A stretch of 64,000 bases of DNA from Octopus sinensis (lineage: Eukaryota): assembly GCF_006345805.1 (NCBI RefSeq), contig NC_043003.1, forward strand, positions 66,464,001-66,528,000, read 5' to 3'. Below the pieces are notes generated by a model, which ran no database searches, was not told where the DNA came from, and was given only the letters and a program-made list of their open reading frames with translations. Every line of letters starts with the position of its first letter. The stretch's first letter is position 1. This document shows positions 27,796-42,822 of this stretch, one piece after another. The position numbers were made by a program, and so were the translations under genes.

Positions 27796-28617
27796 CAACA
27801 ACAACAGGAAAAGATGTTTTTGTGTTACTTTTGTTCGTCGTTTTATATTTAACCAAAGAAATTAACTTTATAGAAAAAAGAAAAAAGGTATTTTTATTTT
27901 ATTTTATTTTTATATATATTTCATCTTCAATGTTACTGCAAACATAAAAAAAATATGAGAAAGAGAAAAACGATAAAAATGAAACAAGTAAAATTAATAC
28001 AGTAATAAAAACAATATCAAACAAAAAAAAAAACAATTTATTTTATATATCAATTGAAAAGAGAAATTGGAAAGAAATACCACTTTTCATATTTGGTTTG
28101 TTTTAAAATGGCGGTCGTATTTGAGCAGTTGATTGTAAATCTTTTTTGATGGTTACGGCAAAATTCAGGATAATTACGTACACACTTAACCTTCGTCGGA
28201 GTCAAGTGCTTAAAACGTTTTGTCGTTTAATATCCTAAACACTATCAAGCTGCGTATAAACAGAGAGTTTTATAGTAGATGGAAATAGCAAAATAAAGAC
28301 GAAACACAAAGACGTGTGCCCGTTAAGTATTTTGAAAAGAAGTCTCGTTGGCGCCATGCTGCCTTTCTTGTTTACTAACCGACTAAAACGATAAAGAATA
28401 TTGATACAACGGATATTTACTGTGTTGATGATTATGTTCATACAACATTACGAGTATGTTTGTGAGTGAGTATTCGTGTGTATAGTTGCATAGAGATATG
28501 TGTATAAATATATGTGTATGCGTGTGCATATATGTGCGTGTGTGCATATGTGTGTGGCTGTATTTAAGCGCACCTATTTAAATCTAAAACCCCATTCACC
28601 AGTGGGGTATAATTATG

Positions 28618-28618
28618 C

Positions 28619-28709
<91 letters not shown>

Positions 28710-28729
28710 ACTAACTAACTAACTAACTG

Positions 28730-28769
<40 letters not shown>

Positions 28770-28789
28770 ACTAACTAACTAACTAACTG

Positions 28790-28860
<71 letters not shown>
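28618..28860. repeat. (TCTA)n with two (TAAC)n islands; exact 60-bp duplication 28681-28740 / 28741-28800
   Basis: Read directly from the sequence. Confidence 0.9.
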
Positions 28861-28861
<1 letters not shown>

Positions 28862-29744
28862 CAACGGTACCTTCGGCAAGTTTCTCTACTGTAGCTCTAG
28901 TCCTAGCAATGTTGTTCTGTGAAGGATTTTGAGAGACGGAAGCTGTGATGGTATTTCAAATTAATTTTGAATCATTAATAACAATTTTCAGAAAGGTATT
29001 TTGAATAACGTTAAATAGTTTCCATGCCTATTCATGTGTATCTTTGTGTCTGTGTTTTGCCCCTCACAATCACCTGACAATCGGTGTTGGTACGTTTACC
29101 TCCTTGTAACTTTGTGCTTCAGCAAAAGACACCGATAGAATAAGTACCAAGCTTTAAAAACAAATAAATAGTGGAGTCGGTTCGTTCGGCTAAAATTCTA
29201 TAAGATGGTGCCTCGGCATGGCCGTAGTCTAATAACTGCAGAAAGTAAACGATAAAAGATAAATGAATGCTTTTGTGCCTCAGTATATGTTTTGGTATGC
29301 ATATGAATTTCTCTATAAATATTATAAAACAGTTAATTTTGTGGGATACTCATCGATAGGTCGATCAGATAACACATAATTTATCGAAGATACGTCAGCA
29401 AACTGGAGCATAACAACGTCATGGAAACATTACTTTGCTACTGTTACGTTCACTGGAAGTTAATTTATCGCCATTTGGACTGAACGAGCGATATGAGAAA
29501 TATATAAGATTGTTCCTGGAAAGGTGAAGATAATTAACACAATCCTCTATGTATGTATGTATATATGTATGTATTATGTATGAGTGTGTGTATGTACATT
29601 ATCATTAAGATTTACTTCAAGATTTCTTACTAATGAAGAAAGTGCAGGTTGCTTACAAAGATTCAAGGCCCCTTGAATTTCAAGAAAAATCTACAGGGAA
29701 GTGGCACATGTATTTGCATGTATGTGCAAGTAACTGGAGCTGGT

Positions 29745-30275
29745 GCAGGGACATAGAGATGAAAAACGGCGCAGTCGTGGAAATCAGCTGCTCAGTGGAT
29801 GTTAAAATAAAGCAGAAAATCGGTGAAAAAGAGAACACCTACGCTGAAGTATTGAAAAATCTGAAGTTAATCTATTCAGATTACAAGTTCGGGTTTTATA
29901 CCTGTATTCTTGGGGCGCTGGGATATGTAACACACTGCCTCAATACCTATTTTGAGAAATTAGGCTTCCCATAACCAGTAAAGAGAAAGCTGTTTCGAAG
30001 CCTACAGATCCAGTCCATCACCGGAACTGTGAAAATCTGTAAAACTTTCTAGAAGTTTATCCTTTTGTATATATGAGCCTGTTTAGATATGCAAGTATAT
30101 GCATGAGAAGGCATACGTAAAACGAAATATACAAATATCCACATCTACATACATACATACAAAAACACCCTGTTATTGATGTTGAAATTCCAATGAAAGA
30201 GCCTTGGATCTAGGTTAGGAACCGGCTCTTTGTCTATTGGCAAGAAATTTTGAAATAAAACTGAACAATGAAATT
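29745..30275 (+). mobile_element. 3' end of an RLE-type non-LTR retrotransposon (endonuclease domain plus 3' UTR)
   Basis: VVEISCSVD...EKENTY...GALGYVTHCL...LQIQSITGTVKICKTF, then a 3' UTR containing (CATA)n. Confidence 0.75.
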
Positions 30276-30524
30276 CACACACACATACGCGCGCGCGCAA
30301 ACACAAACGCACGCCCGAACGCACGCACGAATGCATGTGTGTGTGCAGTCTCTTCAAGTTTTTTAATTATTATAAATCTTCCACTGAGGAGGGAACCGAT
30401 TTCCAACTAAGATGAAAGGCTCCATCTTTGGGATTCGAGTTGCTCGATTAAAGGCGGTGCTCCAGCATGGCCGCAGTCAAATGACTGAAGCAAGTAAAAG
30501 AGTAAAAGAGAGAGAGAGACAAAT

Positions 30525-30793
30525 TCACATTTGGAACTTGAGAAAAGTCTTGCATATTTTCACAGTTTCACTCACAGACTGCACTTGTAATGTACGAATT
30601 AGACGGTCGATTTCTCTTTCTGAAAATCCCATTTTATCCAGATTCTCCTTTAAGCATTTATTAACAAACCTATTGGATAAATATGAATTTATAGTCTGGA
30701 TATAGAAGTTGGAGGTTCTGAAGCAGTTGGTCATAGATATCCTCTTTTTCTTTGATTTTCACAGAGATATTTATATCAGCAGGGCAGCTGACC
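30525..30793 (-). mobile_element. Second RLE-type 3' coding fragment (diverged subfamily)
   Basis: Minus strand gives SCPADINISVKIKEKEDIYDQLLQNLQLLYPDYKF...LQVQSVSETVKICKTFLKFQM*. Confidence 0.75.
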
Positions 30794-31091
30794 TGATGGT
30801 AAACAACTCTCTGTATGTATGAATGCATGCATGCATGTATACTCTTTCACAAATCGACCCCAGGACTTATTCTTTGTAAGTCTAGTACTTATTCTATCGG
30901 TCTCTTTTGCCGAACACAGACAAACATATACACACATATACATATATATTTCCGTCTATCAAATCCACTCGCAAGGCTTTGGTCGGACCGAGGCTATAAT
31001 AGAAGACACTTGGGAATTGGGACTGAACCCGGAATCATGTGGTTGGTAAGCAGGCTACTTACAAAACAGACACTCCTGCGTCTATGTATAT

Positions 31092-31325
31092 TTTATGTTT
31101 TTAATCACCTAAATTCTTCATTTGGAGAAGAAGCTGGTTTCTAACAAAGATACAAAGTTCTATCGTTGGAATAAAGGTATCGAAAACAATGTCACATTAT
31201 AAATCTGACAAATGACTTGCATTGTTTTACTGTTCCGCTTAAAGATTGTATTTGAAATGTGTAAATCAGTTGGGCGATTTCTGTTACTGAAAACCCAAGC
31301 TTATCCAGATTGACAATTATGTTTG
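31092..31325 (-). mobile_element. Third RLE-type 3' fragment abutting (CATA)n
   Basis: Minus strand gives [39 protein letters not shown], followed by a 3' UTR resembling 30180-30270. Confidence 0.7.
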
Positions 31326-31353
31326 CATGTATGTATGTATGTATGTATGTATG

Positions 31354-31385
<32 letters not shown>

Positions 31386-32109
31386 ACCAAATAAGGCAAA
31401 AGAAAATAACATTTGGCAAGAAAAAAGATATATGAATCCACCAAGACAATATGGTCGATGGCGGACAGAGCCATTCAATACAACAAATATCTCTGCATTT
31501 CTTTTTTGATATGAGGGAAATATAACACACCATAAAATGATCCACGACAACAATAAACAGAAAAACAGAGATGGTATCAAATTGCAGACAGAGGGCAATA
31601 TATTTCTTTTCTATTTGCGGAGTACCGTTAATGTTATTCAGCACATAGCAAGCGACCGTATAATAATATTTGAGCCACAAGGTACGAGAGATATAGAAGA
31701 AGATCATTATATCCAAATTTCAGGATCGCAGCGTGAAATGAAAGTGTTGAAATAGCTACTGGCACTATGCACGTATTTACACACAAACACAGACACACAC
31801 TTGAACATATGTGCGTACATATGTGCGCGTGTGTGTCTGTGTGCGTTCGTATGTGTACTGTCAAAGCATGCTAGTATAGTCCTCAGCGTACTGGCATTAT
31901 TATTTGTCTTATTATATTCTTCGTTCTAGAAAGAATGGTAAGGCATTATTCATGGATGGATAGTGTTGAATTGATAACTGGATCCTGGAGAAAATGCCGG
32001 TAGACATGGCGAGCATCATATTGTTTGTATCCAAAGTATTACATACGTAGAAACATGCATAACGTTATATATATAGATGTACATACATACATACATACAT
32101 ACATATATG

Positions 32110-32150
<41 letters not shown>

Positions 32151-32237
32151 ATACATATATAAATATATATTTATTTATATATACATATATATATATTAAT
32201 TATATATGCATATACATGTGTATATAAATATATATAT

Positions 32238-32274
<37 letters not shown>

Positions 32275-32318
32275 GCTTATATACAAATATACATACCCAC
32301 TTATATACGTATATGCAT

Positions 32319-32360
<42 letters not shown>

Positions 32361-32365
32361 ATATA

Positions 32366-32411
<46 letters not shown>

Positions 32412-32988
32412 ATACATACATATATATGCACGTGTGTGCGTGTGCGTGTATATCTGGCTTATATTTTACTTATTTCTGTCTATCATTCAATATCTTCCGT
32501 ATTTCTCAAATAATTTTTCATTCATGTATTCTTTCTTACTCTACGACCATCATATATTTTACTCTCACATTTCCCATTTCTCTTACATATCCTCTATCAA
32601 TCGTTCCCTCCCTCTCTCTATGTGTCGTTTTTCGACAGTCTCTCGCTTCCTACTTGAATATATTTATATACATATATAACTATATCCCGCCCTCTCTTAC
32701 TTTCACTTTCACATTCAATGGCTCTTACCTTGTCAATCATTTACCAAATCCTGTCAAATAACCTACCATACCTATTATTATTGCATACGGTCACTCTAGG
32801 GTGTTTTTGCTCCCAACGAAGCTAACAAATCGAAAATAAGTTATTAATTATCGTAAACAGCTCTCGATATTTTTTTCCGTTTACGCAAAATATAGCTGCA
32901 GGCAACAGAAAATTACCAGCACACTCCACCCGTATTGATCATAATAGTCATATATGTAGAAGTAAATACATGTGTGTTTGTGCGTATT

Positions 32989-33040
<52 letters not shown>

Positions 33041-33202
33041 TATATATATATCAATATATACATATATACACATAAATGTATACATATTGTTGCATACATG
33101 TCTATGTGTGCGTGTGGATGTGGATGCGTGTTTGTGTGTGTGTACATATGCTAATATACTATGTAATATTAACAATAATAATAATAATAAAAATCATCAT
33201 CA

Positions 33203-33266
<64 letters not shown>

Positions 33267-33631
33267 ATTATTATTATTATTATCGTTATTATTTGTGATG
33301 TGTACGAGTCTATGTGGGATAATGTGCTGCTGTGTGTCTGTGTTAATTTGAGGAAGATTGCAAAGATGGTGGCAATTTACTCGCATCGTCAAATTTAATT
33401 CCTTCCCACAAACATCTACTCAACAAAAATGCATGTAACACACATAAATAGAATGGCAGACAGGATTTATACACTCATAGACACGCATATTCATGTGAAT
33501 ATATGTATGTGCACGTGTGCGTGTATGCATATATATACGTACATATTTATATATGCAAAACCATGCACATGCATACATATGCATGTATATTTCTGTATGT
33601 GTATATTTGTATATATATATGTACACAAGTG

Positions 33632-33667
<36 letters not shown>

Positions 33668-33786
33668 ATATATGTATGTATTATATATATACACACACAA
33701 TACATATATGTATCTAAAGAATATATGCAATACATACATTTATCCATAGACATGTATCTGTACGCATACACACTGACACACACACT

Positions 33787-33826
<40 letters not shown>

Positions 33827-33889
33827 GATGTTGCATACCTTCATGTGCTTCTGTATGATATATAATATATATATATATGGTGATAATAT

Positions 33890-35090
33890 ATTCGTTGTTT
33901 TCTTCTGTCTATGACATCAGTGTTTGTGTTGTGAGAGAGAGCATTTACAGTCAGAGCAAGGTAAGTGAATTTATCAGCCCTGGCTAGATGCTTTCCATTT
34001 GCCAGGACGCCTGTTGTTTCGACTGTATTTTTATTAATGGCGATGTACTCTGTCCTGGATTCGTTTATTTCTAGACCCACAATATTTGCTTCTCGCATGA
34101 GACGATCCAAGTAGTCCTGTGCCTGTATGTGGCTAGAAGCAAGAGAACAATACCTGCTGCAAAGCCAGATAGGCCAACTTATGTGATTCTGATATGCGTA
34201 GCATCTTTCATCGTATGATGTATGACCAACAAAATACATAAGGTGTTAAGGTATTCGCTTGCAAAATTCCACTTTGAGGTGTGAAACCAGGGGATCGTTA
34301 ATATTTATGATAAATATATATATCATATAGATGTTTAGCATCTATGTACCGATGTTATTTTTGATATCCCTATCCTTTCAAGAATCTTAAACATAGCAGT
34401 TCTGCTGCCGCTCTCGAATGCTTTTCGAAATTCTAGGAACAGCGCAACTATTGAGAGACAACATTCAAAGCCTCAGTATTTTCTTCAACGTGTGAATTTG
34501 TTCAATGCAATTACGGTTCTTTTTAGAGGCACTCAGGTAGACACTTATATCTTTATCTATTTTTGCACGTATGGGATTTAACAGAAGCCTATTAAAGCGG
34601 CATATGGAGTTACGTCGCAGCTTCAACGTCTCTGGTCGCCTGACATAAATCCAACAACGAAGATAAAGCTGCACACAAATCTATGTCTTCCCAATTTTTC
34701 ATATGAATGCAAGACATGGGTCACAAATACGAATCGACAAACGGCCTTGGTGAAAACGTTTCACAGAAAAAAAAACGAAAGAAAACGTATAAGATATCCT
34801 ATAACGACCACGTTTCCAGTGAGACATTGTACCAAATGGCTGATGAAAAACAAATGTGCTCAAGGATAAAGGAACGCCGACTGAGATGGGTCGGTCACTA
34901 ACTGCACCATCCACCCAATGACTGTTGGGTGCTGCTTAACACCCTACAAGGTGGAAAACGCGTGAGGAAACGACCCAGAATGATTTTTCACAGTATGATA
35001 TGTACAGAGTGCAGGACGTCGTTCAATGAAATACTTTTAGCGGCTGAAAATTGGAATCAGGAGAAAGCCTTAATAAAGTGTCTGCCAATG
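33890..35090. mobile_element. Degenerate RTE-clade LINE with inverted 5' part (33890-34680 minus; 34690-35090 plus)
   Basis: Minus part: LFLEFRKAFES, QDYLDRLMREANIVGLEINESRTEYI, DKFTYL. Plus part: ECKTW, RIKERRLRWVGH, GGKRVRKRPR. Confidence 0.8.
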
Positions 35091-35147
35091 ACTCGCTATA
35101 CACTTTTCTTTTCCTTATTTATTTCTCTTTGTTGAATTTTGAATATA

Positions 35148-35195
<48 letters not shown>

Positions 35196-35319
35196 CAAAC
35201 ATAAATTAAAAACAGAACACAAATTTTTAATTATGTTTGATATGTTCTCTCACCTCTGCCACTATCTGGCATATACAGGTGCTTACACTTATCAATTATT
35301 CACTTTAAATTTACGTACC

Positions 35320-35489
<170 letters not shown>

Positions 35490-35504
35490 CACACATCACG
35501 CAAC

Positions 35505-36130
35505 CTTATTAAATCCCAATTCCAAACCCTGCAAAACCTAAGAAGCAAAAACCTCATCTACCTACCTTCAGACAAAGGGAAATAATTATGTATTACAGTC
35601 AAACCCACCTACAACAAACTAGCTATCGAACACCTCGGTGACACCACACTATACGAAAAGTTTTACACCATCAACACCAGCTGGACCAACATCTGTCACC
35701 AAAAGAATCTCTCTAAGAAGGCTACACTGAACTACACGTCTAAAAATACCACCCTTCCATCATTCTACTATTTAATAAAAACCCACAAAACCGGACCTAA
35801 GCTTAAAACCAGACCCATAGTATCAGGAATTAGCGGTCCTTTCTATAAGATGTTTTGGCTCCTCTCTAAACTCCCCAAGCCCTTACTACACACGTCCCCA
35901 GACACGTCATCAGCTCCCACGAAATCTTCACAAGACTCAAAAATATCGACCCCTTCATACTTAAAACTAACAAATACCCTTTTAGTTTGTATTTAATAGC
36001 GTCATATCCCACAATGCATTCGCAATTCTACTGCTCGTATCAACATCTAGGATACTAGATGACACACTTGAAGGAAGAGGCTCTTGGACAATAGTACTTG
36101 GAAGATACTAACAAAGCGGGGTAAGTTCTA
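35505..36130 (+). mobile_element. Penelope-like element reverse-transcriptase fragment (pseudogene)
   Basis: LPSDKG, PSFYYLIKTHK...RPIVSGISGP and FSLYLIASYPT (a degenerate FSLDVxSLYP), with one stop and one frameshift. Confidence 0.8.
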
Positions 36131-36666
36131 CATCAACGGTGAAATTGGCAACTTTAGCAATGCGTTGCTTTCAATGCGATGCTTATCCATGCTTTTTAAT
36201 TGAATTGAATTATTATTTTATATATATTTATATATCACCTTTATAGATATTTATACTCAGAAATTCAGAAATCAACTCGTAAATAAATTAAAAACTTCGA
36301 ATCCATCAGTATGCGCTCACTCACACACACACACAGTCGCATATCTAAGTATGTATTTATATATGTATGTACGCACACGTGTCTACGCTAATAGGTACAG
36401 AATGATCAATACACACGCAGAAGAGAGTCGATTCACATGAAAAAGAAAGTGAACAAAACAATATGACTACTTGCTTCTCGGGAAGTTCAATTTCAATATT
36501 GTTCTTTGTTTTTAAAGATAATCAAACCAAATAGTCATAATTTCCAGCCTCTCATCCAATGAGTATTTCCGCCAAATGTGATGAAAAACCCCTCAGCCGT
36601 TTTCCAATAATTTTGTAAACAGTCAGATAAACAGAAAAAGACGAGTGACTGCAATACCCTGCCTTC

Positions 36667-37320
<654 letters not shown>

Positions 37321-37570
37321 TATATATATATATATGTATAAGTTAGAGGTGTTTAAAACCTCTAAGGGATGGTTAAACACAAAGGCACTCCTGGTGATTA
37401 CCTGCGTAGGTACAGTTCTTGGTAAAATGTATAGAGTAGCAGGTAATTCAGCAGGTAAACCGTAGTTTAAATTATATGCAGAAAGAAAATGGAGGGAAAA
37501 TAACAGGAAGAGGTTGGTCGTTTGCGCCAGTAAGCCATTAAGTTAATTAATTTATAAAGAAAAGTAATAG

Positions 37571-37626
37571 TACATTTCCGATCGATTTTGTTTACCAGTT
37601 GTAGTGTTAGACATCATCAGAATCCG
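37571..37626 (-). ncRNA. Inactivated mirror hammerhead copy
   Basis: Minus strand reads CUGAUGA-UGUCUAACAC...GGUAAACA-AAAUCGAUCGGA, with GAAAC and GUA mutated. Confidence 0.55.
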
Positions 37627-37952
37627 AAGTCATATGTAGAGGTAAGAAGAGAGAAAGACATAGGGATCCATTGGTAACGAGAATAAAGACCAAGAATGGT
37701 GAGTCTTACATTATAGTATGTTTCTTAGTTGATAATTTTGCTGCGAAGTTTAGCCAGAATAAACACGTAGAAAATATGCGTTTACTTAAACTTGGGACTA
37801 CAGATCAAAATAACCTCCCTCCTACATACACTTCGCAGCAAAATTATCAACTAAGAAATCTACTAAAATATAAGACTCACCATTCTTTGTGTATAATCTC
37901 GTTACCAACGTATCCTTATATCTTTCGCTCTGCTTAGCTCTACATATGACTC

Positions 37953-38008
37953 TACATTCTGATGATGTCTACCACTAAAAGTGGTAAACAGAAACGATCG
38001 TAAATGTA
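37953..38008 (+). ncRNA. Intact minimal type I hammerhead ribozyme motif
   Basis: UACAUU-CUGAUGA-UGUCUACCACU-AAA-AGUGGUAAACA-GAAAC-GAUC-GUA-AAUGUA. Stem I is 6 bp, stem II 10/11 bp, and stem III is the palindrome ACGAUCGU. Confidence 0.88.
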
Positions 38009-38461
38009 CTATTACAACCACTTTTCTTTATTAATTAACTAAATTAATGGGTTACTAACACAAACGACCAACCTCTTCCTGTTATTTTCCTTCCATTTTC
38101 TTCTTGTATGTATATGTATGTATGTATATAAAGATACGGGCTGTTAATAGTTTCTTGCTGTGAAAACATGTGTCTGGGCAGATTTCTATAACACGCTTTG
38201 TGTCTACAACCAACCAAATCCTGGCTTTGAGCACCTGCCTAAACACGTGTCAACGTACGAAGCCATTAGAAAGTCGTATCTCTAAACTGTGGACATTCAC
38301 TGATATCATCCTCTCACTGGATGGTGTAGTCTCTCTTTTTGTTGATCTTGCTTTAACGGAACAGCAATATATATAAATATACCCGTCTGTTTTCTTGTGT
38401 CGTCTCTTTGTGTGTTTTTGCGTTCTTGTCCCACTTTGTAATTTATATTTTATATTTAATT

Positions 38462-38546
<85 letters not shown>

Positions 38547-39093
38547 TTATACACATACACACACAGGCACACAAATGTATATATATATATTCATTGTATG
38601 AAACAGACCCAGTATTAGATTAAAGTAGCCATCCTGCATAATGTAGATACATCATGAAAGGCAAATTTACTACGGTTTTCGACCGTACCTAGTATCTATT
38701 ATGGACCTGCCATGTATAAATACACAAATATATGCATGAGAGAGCGACATATATAACACAGCAAGTATATAAGAGATATTATTTTTATATATGGTGGAAT
38801 AAACTGTGAGGCAGAAACTGAATATCAGTCAATATTCATTTTATTATTAATCTTTATTCTACTACTTATATTCAGAGTCCTCAGCCCTTCTTTGTCTTCC
38901 TTTAAAATGACTTTTCTACATACATGCATGCATACAGATATATGTGTATGTATGTGTTTGTGCGTGTGTTTTGGAGACGCATGTGTGTTTTTGTGTGTAG
39001 GTGTCTGTGAGTTCCCTTCATGTATAAATATCACTGTCTATTAATCATGTTCGTAAAATTGGATTGAAGAAGAGGATATATATATATATATAG

Positions 39094-39128
<35 letters not shown>

Positions 39129-39283
39129 GTTTATATGTATATATATATATATATTGCACAAATATATACGCACATCATATATATATGCATACATATACAT
39201 GTGTACATATATATATGAATATGATATGTACATATGTATATGTATGAACGTATGTATATATATGATGTATGTATATATGTACA

Positions 39284-39320
<37 letters not shown>

Positions 39321-39560
39321 ATACACATATAAATATATATATATACGTATATTTAAATACATGCTTATATATATGCATATTACATATATACATATATATA
39401 TAGTCACGTATATACAAATACATATATATATACATTTATACATATATTTTTATATACATACATGTATATATATATATATACATATATCATATATATACAT
39501 ACACACGCATATATATACATATATACATACATATATACATATATATATACATACACACGC

Positions 39561-39664
<104 letters not shown>

Positions 39665-40219
39665 ATATATGCGTGTATGTATGTATGTTTGTATGTATAC
39701 ATATGTGAGAAGGATTTGGCGACTGAAAAAGATTTTAATGGAGAAATAGAAAGTGATATTTAATGAGAACAGGCTTAGAGATATGTATATTGGATATCTG
39801 AAATGAAAAACCTGGCATTCTTTAAATATTTCTTAATGCAGAATTTTATGCACATTGCTCAAATACAGATAGTAAATTTTCCCCCAAAAAATAATCCCTT
39901 GTAAAAATGTAAAAAAACACGAGAACCTGGTATTGTTCTCAAATTCTCGTCCACCATTTTTAGTTAAATATGAGTAAAAAGCAAAACTGTGAGATAAAAT
40001 ACCTGAAACAAATAAAATAATATAACCCACCCAACCCCACCTACACTAAGAAATAGCTGTTTTGGGCTTGTTTGTTTGGTTGTTTGTTGGGTTTTTTTTG
40101 TATATTTTGTACCACATGTATTAACCTTATTTAAATATCTTTTAAATTTTATTTTGTTGTTTTGAGTCACTTGTAAAAATTATGTTAGAATGATGATTTG
40201 AAATAGATTACTGACTCAC

Positions 40220-40338
40220 CTAACACCGCTACTCTTTCCAATCTTCCTTCCTCCATGTTGCTATGGGATTCATATTAGATCCACAATTTTCGCCATCGGC
40301 ATACAAAACAAAGCAAGCAAGAGCATTCGCTAAAACTG
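40220..40338 (-). CDS. Candidate start-codon exon of an unidentified minus-strand gene (MEEGRLERVAVL, phase 1)
   Basis: Acceptor atatcttacag, donor TAG|gtgagt and a Kozak-like caacATGG in non-repetitive sequence. Confidence 0.35.
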
Positions 40339-42411
40339 CTGTAAGATATATGAAGCTAAAAATTTTAGCTGCAAGCTCTTAATGTGACGTAAATTATTTT
40401 ATTTTTCCGAATGAGGGTCTGTTTTGGATGATTATGGGCGTTCGGTGTCTAATTTTTAAGCAACTTCTATTTTATTATGATGTATTTATGTATTTTTTTT
40501 TCCAGTTATTTTGTTTTGTGGTTTGTTTTTTTAGTTATGATTTCTTTTTTTATATTCGTATTTTTTTTAATATTTTCGTATTTTTTCCAAGGTGAAGAAA
40601 GAAAATTGGTTGTAAATTCTATGTGAAATCAATTGTAAACCATTAGTGCGTTAGAAAACAGGAATTGTGCGATTCTGATTCGACTCCTACCGTATTAGGA
40701 ATAATGATTGCTGCAACAAAACGATGAAAAATAAAAAATACACCGACAATAAATGGAATAGAATAAATCTAAATGTTGACAACAGCAGAAGCAGTAGCAG
40801 CAGTAGCAGCGCCAAAACTAGGAATAAAATATAAAAACAAAACATGTCAATCAGCATTGCTGAATCAATGAAGGAGTAAGTACGTGATCGAAATGCTAGA
40901 AATAACAACCAAATATCCTTCAGATAACACGTTTCTTTTTTAAAAGAGGATGACACTATCATTTTGGATTCTTCAGTGAACTATATATGCAAAAAAAGAA
41001 TTTGTAATAAGGTGATGATCATGGCTGGATTGCTTTTGATCGCATATCTCCTTGGTTAGGTTTGCAAAGAACTCAGCAATGACGACCACATCAATAAATT
41101 TCTATTAAGCTTTAGGTCCTCCGGCGCAACTCGGGGCGTTGGATGTCAAGCTTCCCCGCCACCGGATTTGGTCGGCTCCTACCTTTTCACATCCATTCCA
41201 TGTCCTGTTGACGACAGCAGAAGCAGCAGCAGCAGCAGTAGTAGCAAAAACGATAGCAAAACGAATCAACAATGTCAGTAGGAACAATAAATATTTGTCT
41301 TTCAAAATAAAGTTTCTAAAAAATGTGGTCTGCGCCTAACGCAAAGCTGCTTTCAAGTGTGAGAGAGAGAGTCACGATATTCTATCACAAAATAGGGCGG
41401 TGAGTTGGCAGAAACGTTAGCACGCCGGGCGAGATTCTTAGCAGTATTTCGTCTGCCGTTACGTTCTGAGTTCAAATTCCGCCAAAGTCGACTTTGCCTT
41501 TCATCCTTTCGGGGTCGATAAATTAAATACCAGTTACGCACTGGGGTCGATGTAATCTACTCAATCTCTTCGTCAATTCCTTTGTTTGTCTTCTCTATGT
41601 TTAACCCCCTGTGGGCAATAAATAAATAAATATTCTATAGCAAAATAGTTGAATGCTAGATCAAGATGTGCTCTTAAAACAGATATTACATGTACTTGCA
41701 GTCAGAAATGTGAAGATGTGTGACCCAGTGTTTGGAGTGTTACCAGCTTAAAACGATGAGCATGCACAGAAGTAGACCGCTTGCATAAAAATGAACTTGA
41801 AATGCGGAAAATGTCATACGTGTAAAAGATAGCAATTGCGTCAAACTGGAGTTGCGAATGAAATACTTAATTTAATAAAAAACTGCACTTAACACCCTTG
41901 AAGGGATGTCGCTTAGTGGTTAAGATGTTGGATTTACGATCGAAAGATCCTGGTTTCGATTCTTGGACAAAAGGTTGCGTAGTGTTCTTGGCGAAAACAC
42001 ATCACATTACTCCAGTTCATTCATTTGTAAATGAATAACCCTGCGACAGACTGGCGTTCCATTCAGAGGAGATGTTACTATTTAGGTCACTTATACCTAT
42101 AGAAACCAGGTAACAGCCAGCTGTGTGAGTCCTTGGACTCGAGACAGTAATGTACACTCAGAAAAATGGCTAACTCTCAACTAAACTACCACTGGGAATA
42201 ATTTCAATTCATACTGGTTTCCAAAGCCTTGAGAACAACATAATCACAATGTTTACTAAATGGCAGGTGTATAGGTATTTGGAAACTTAAACAAAAGAAA
42301 ATATATTGGTTTCTAACATTGGAACAAAGCAGCCGACATAGGTTTTCAAGAAATGGTGAGGTTACGTCCTTGTGGTGTAACGGTTCAGGCTTAGCGGCCA
42401 ATAGAATAAGT

Positions 42412-42822
42412 ATACTCTTTACTCTTTTACTCTTTTACTTGTTTCAGTCATTTGACTGTGGCCATGCTGGAGCACCGCCTTCAGTCGAGCAAATCGACCC
42501 CCAGGGCTTATTCTTTGTAAGTCTAGTACTTATTCTATCGGACTATTTTGCCGAACCGCTAACTTACGGGGACGTAAACACGCCAGCATCGGTTGTCCAG
42601 CGATGTCTGGGGGCAAACACAGACACAAAAACAAATACACCCACATACATACATATATACATATATACGATGGGTTTCTTTCAGTTTTCTTCTACCAAAT
42701 CCACTCACAAGGCTTTGGTCGGCCCGAAGTTATAGTAGAAGACACTTGGGCAAGGTGCCTCGCAGTGGGACTGAACCCGGAACCATGTGGTTCGTAAGCA
42801 ACTACTTACCACACAGCCACTC
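42412..42822 (-). mobile_element. Full-length family A SINE (similar copies 63250-63636 -, 56078-56739 + with nested family C SINE, 30840-31085 -)
   Basis: Complete head-core-microsatellite-tail (ttttacttgtttcagtcatttgactg) structure. Confidence 0.88.

Larger units (their letters stand above)
37481..38103. mobile_element. ~620-bp fold-back element with a hammerhead in each arm
   Basis: Arms ~37481-37751 and ~37832-38103 are diverged reverse complements (gttgataattttgctgcgaagt / acttcgcagcaaaattatcaac). Confidence 0.85.

Noticed and set aside
28192-28400. MAPTRLLF... signal-peptide-like ORF and nearby aaaatggcgg (YY1-like) motif
   Set aside because: An in-frame stop follows after ~41 codons and there is no supporting downstream exon; a promoter call is unsupported.
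38179-38286. Possible terminal exon DFYNTLCVYNQPNPGFEHLPKHVSTYEAIRKSYL*
   Set aside because: Weak acceptor and no recognised homology.
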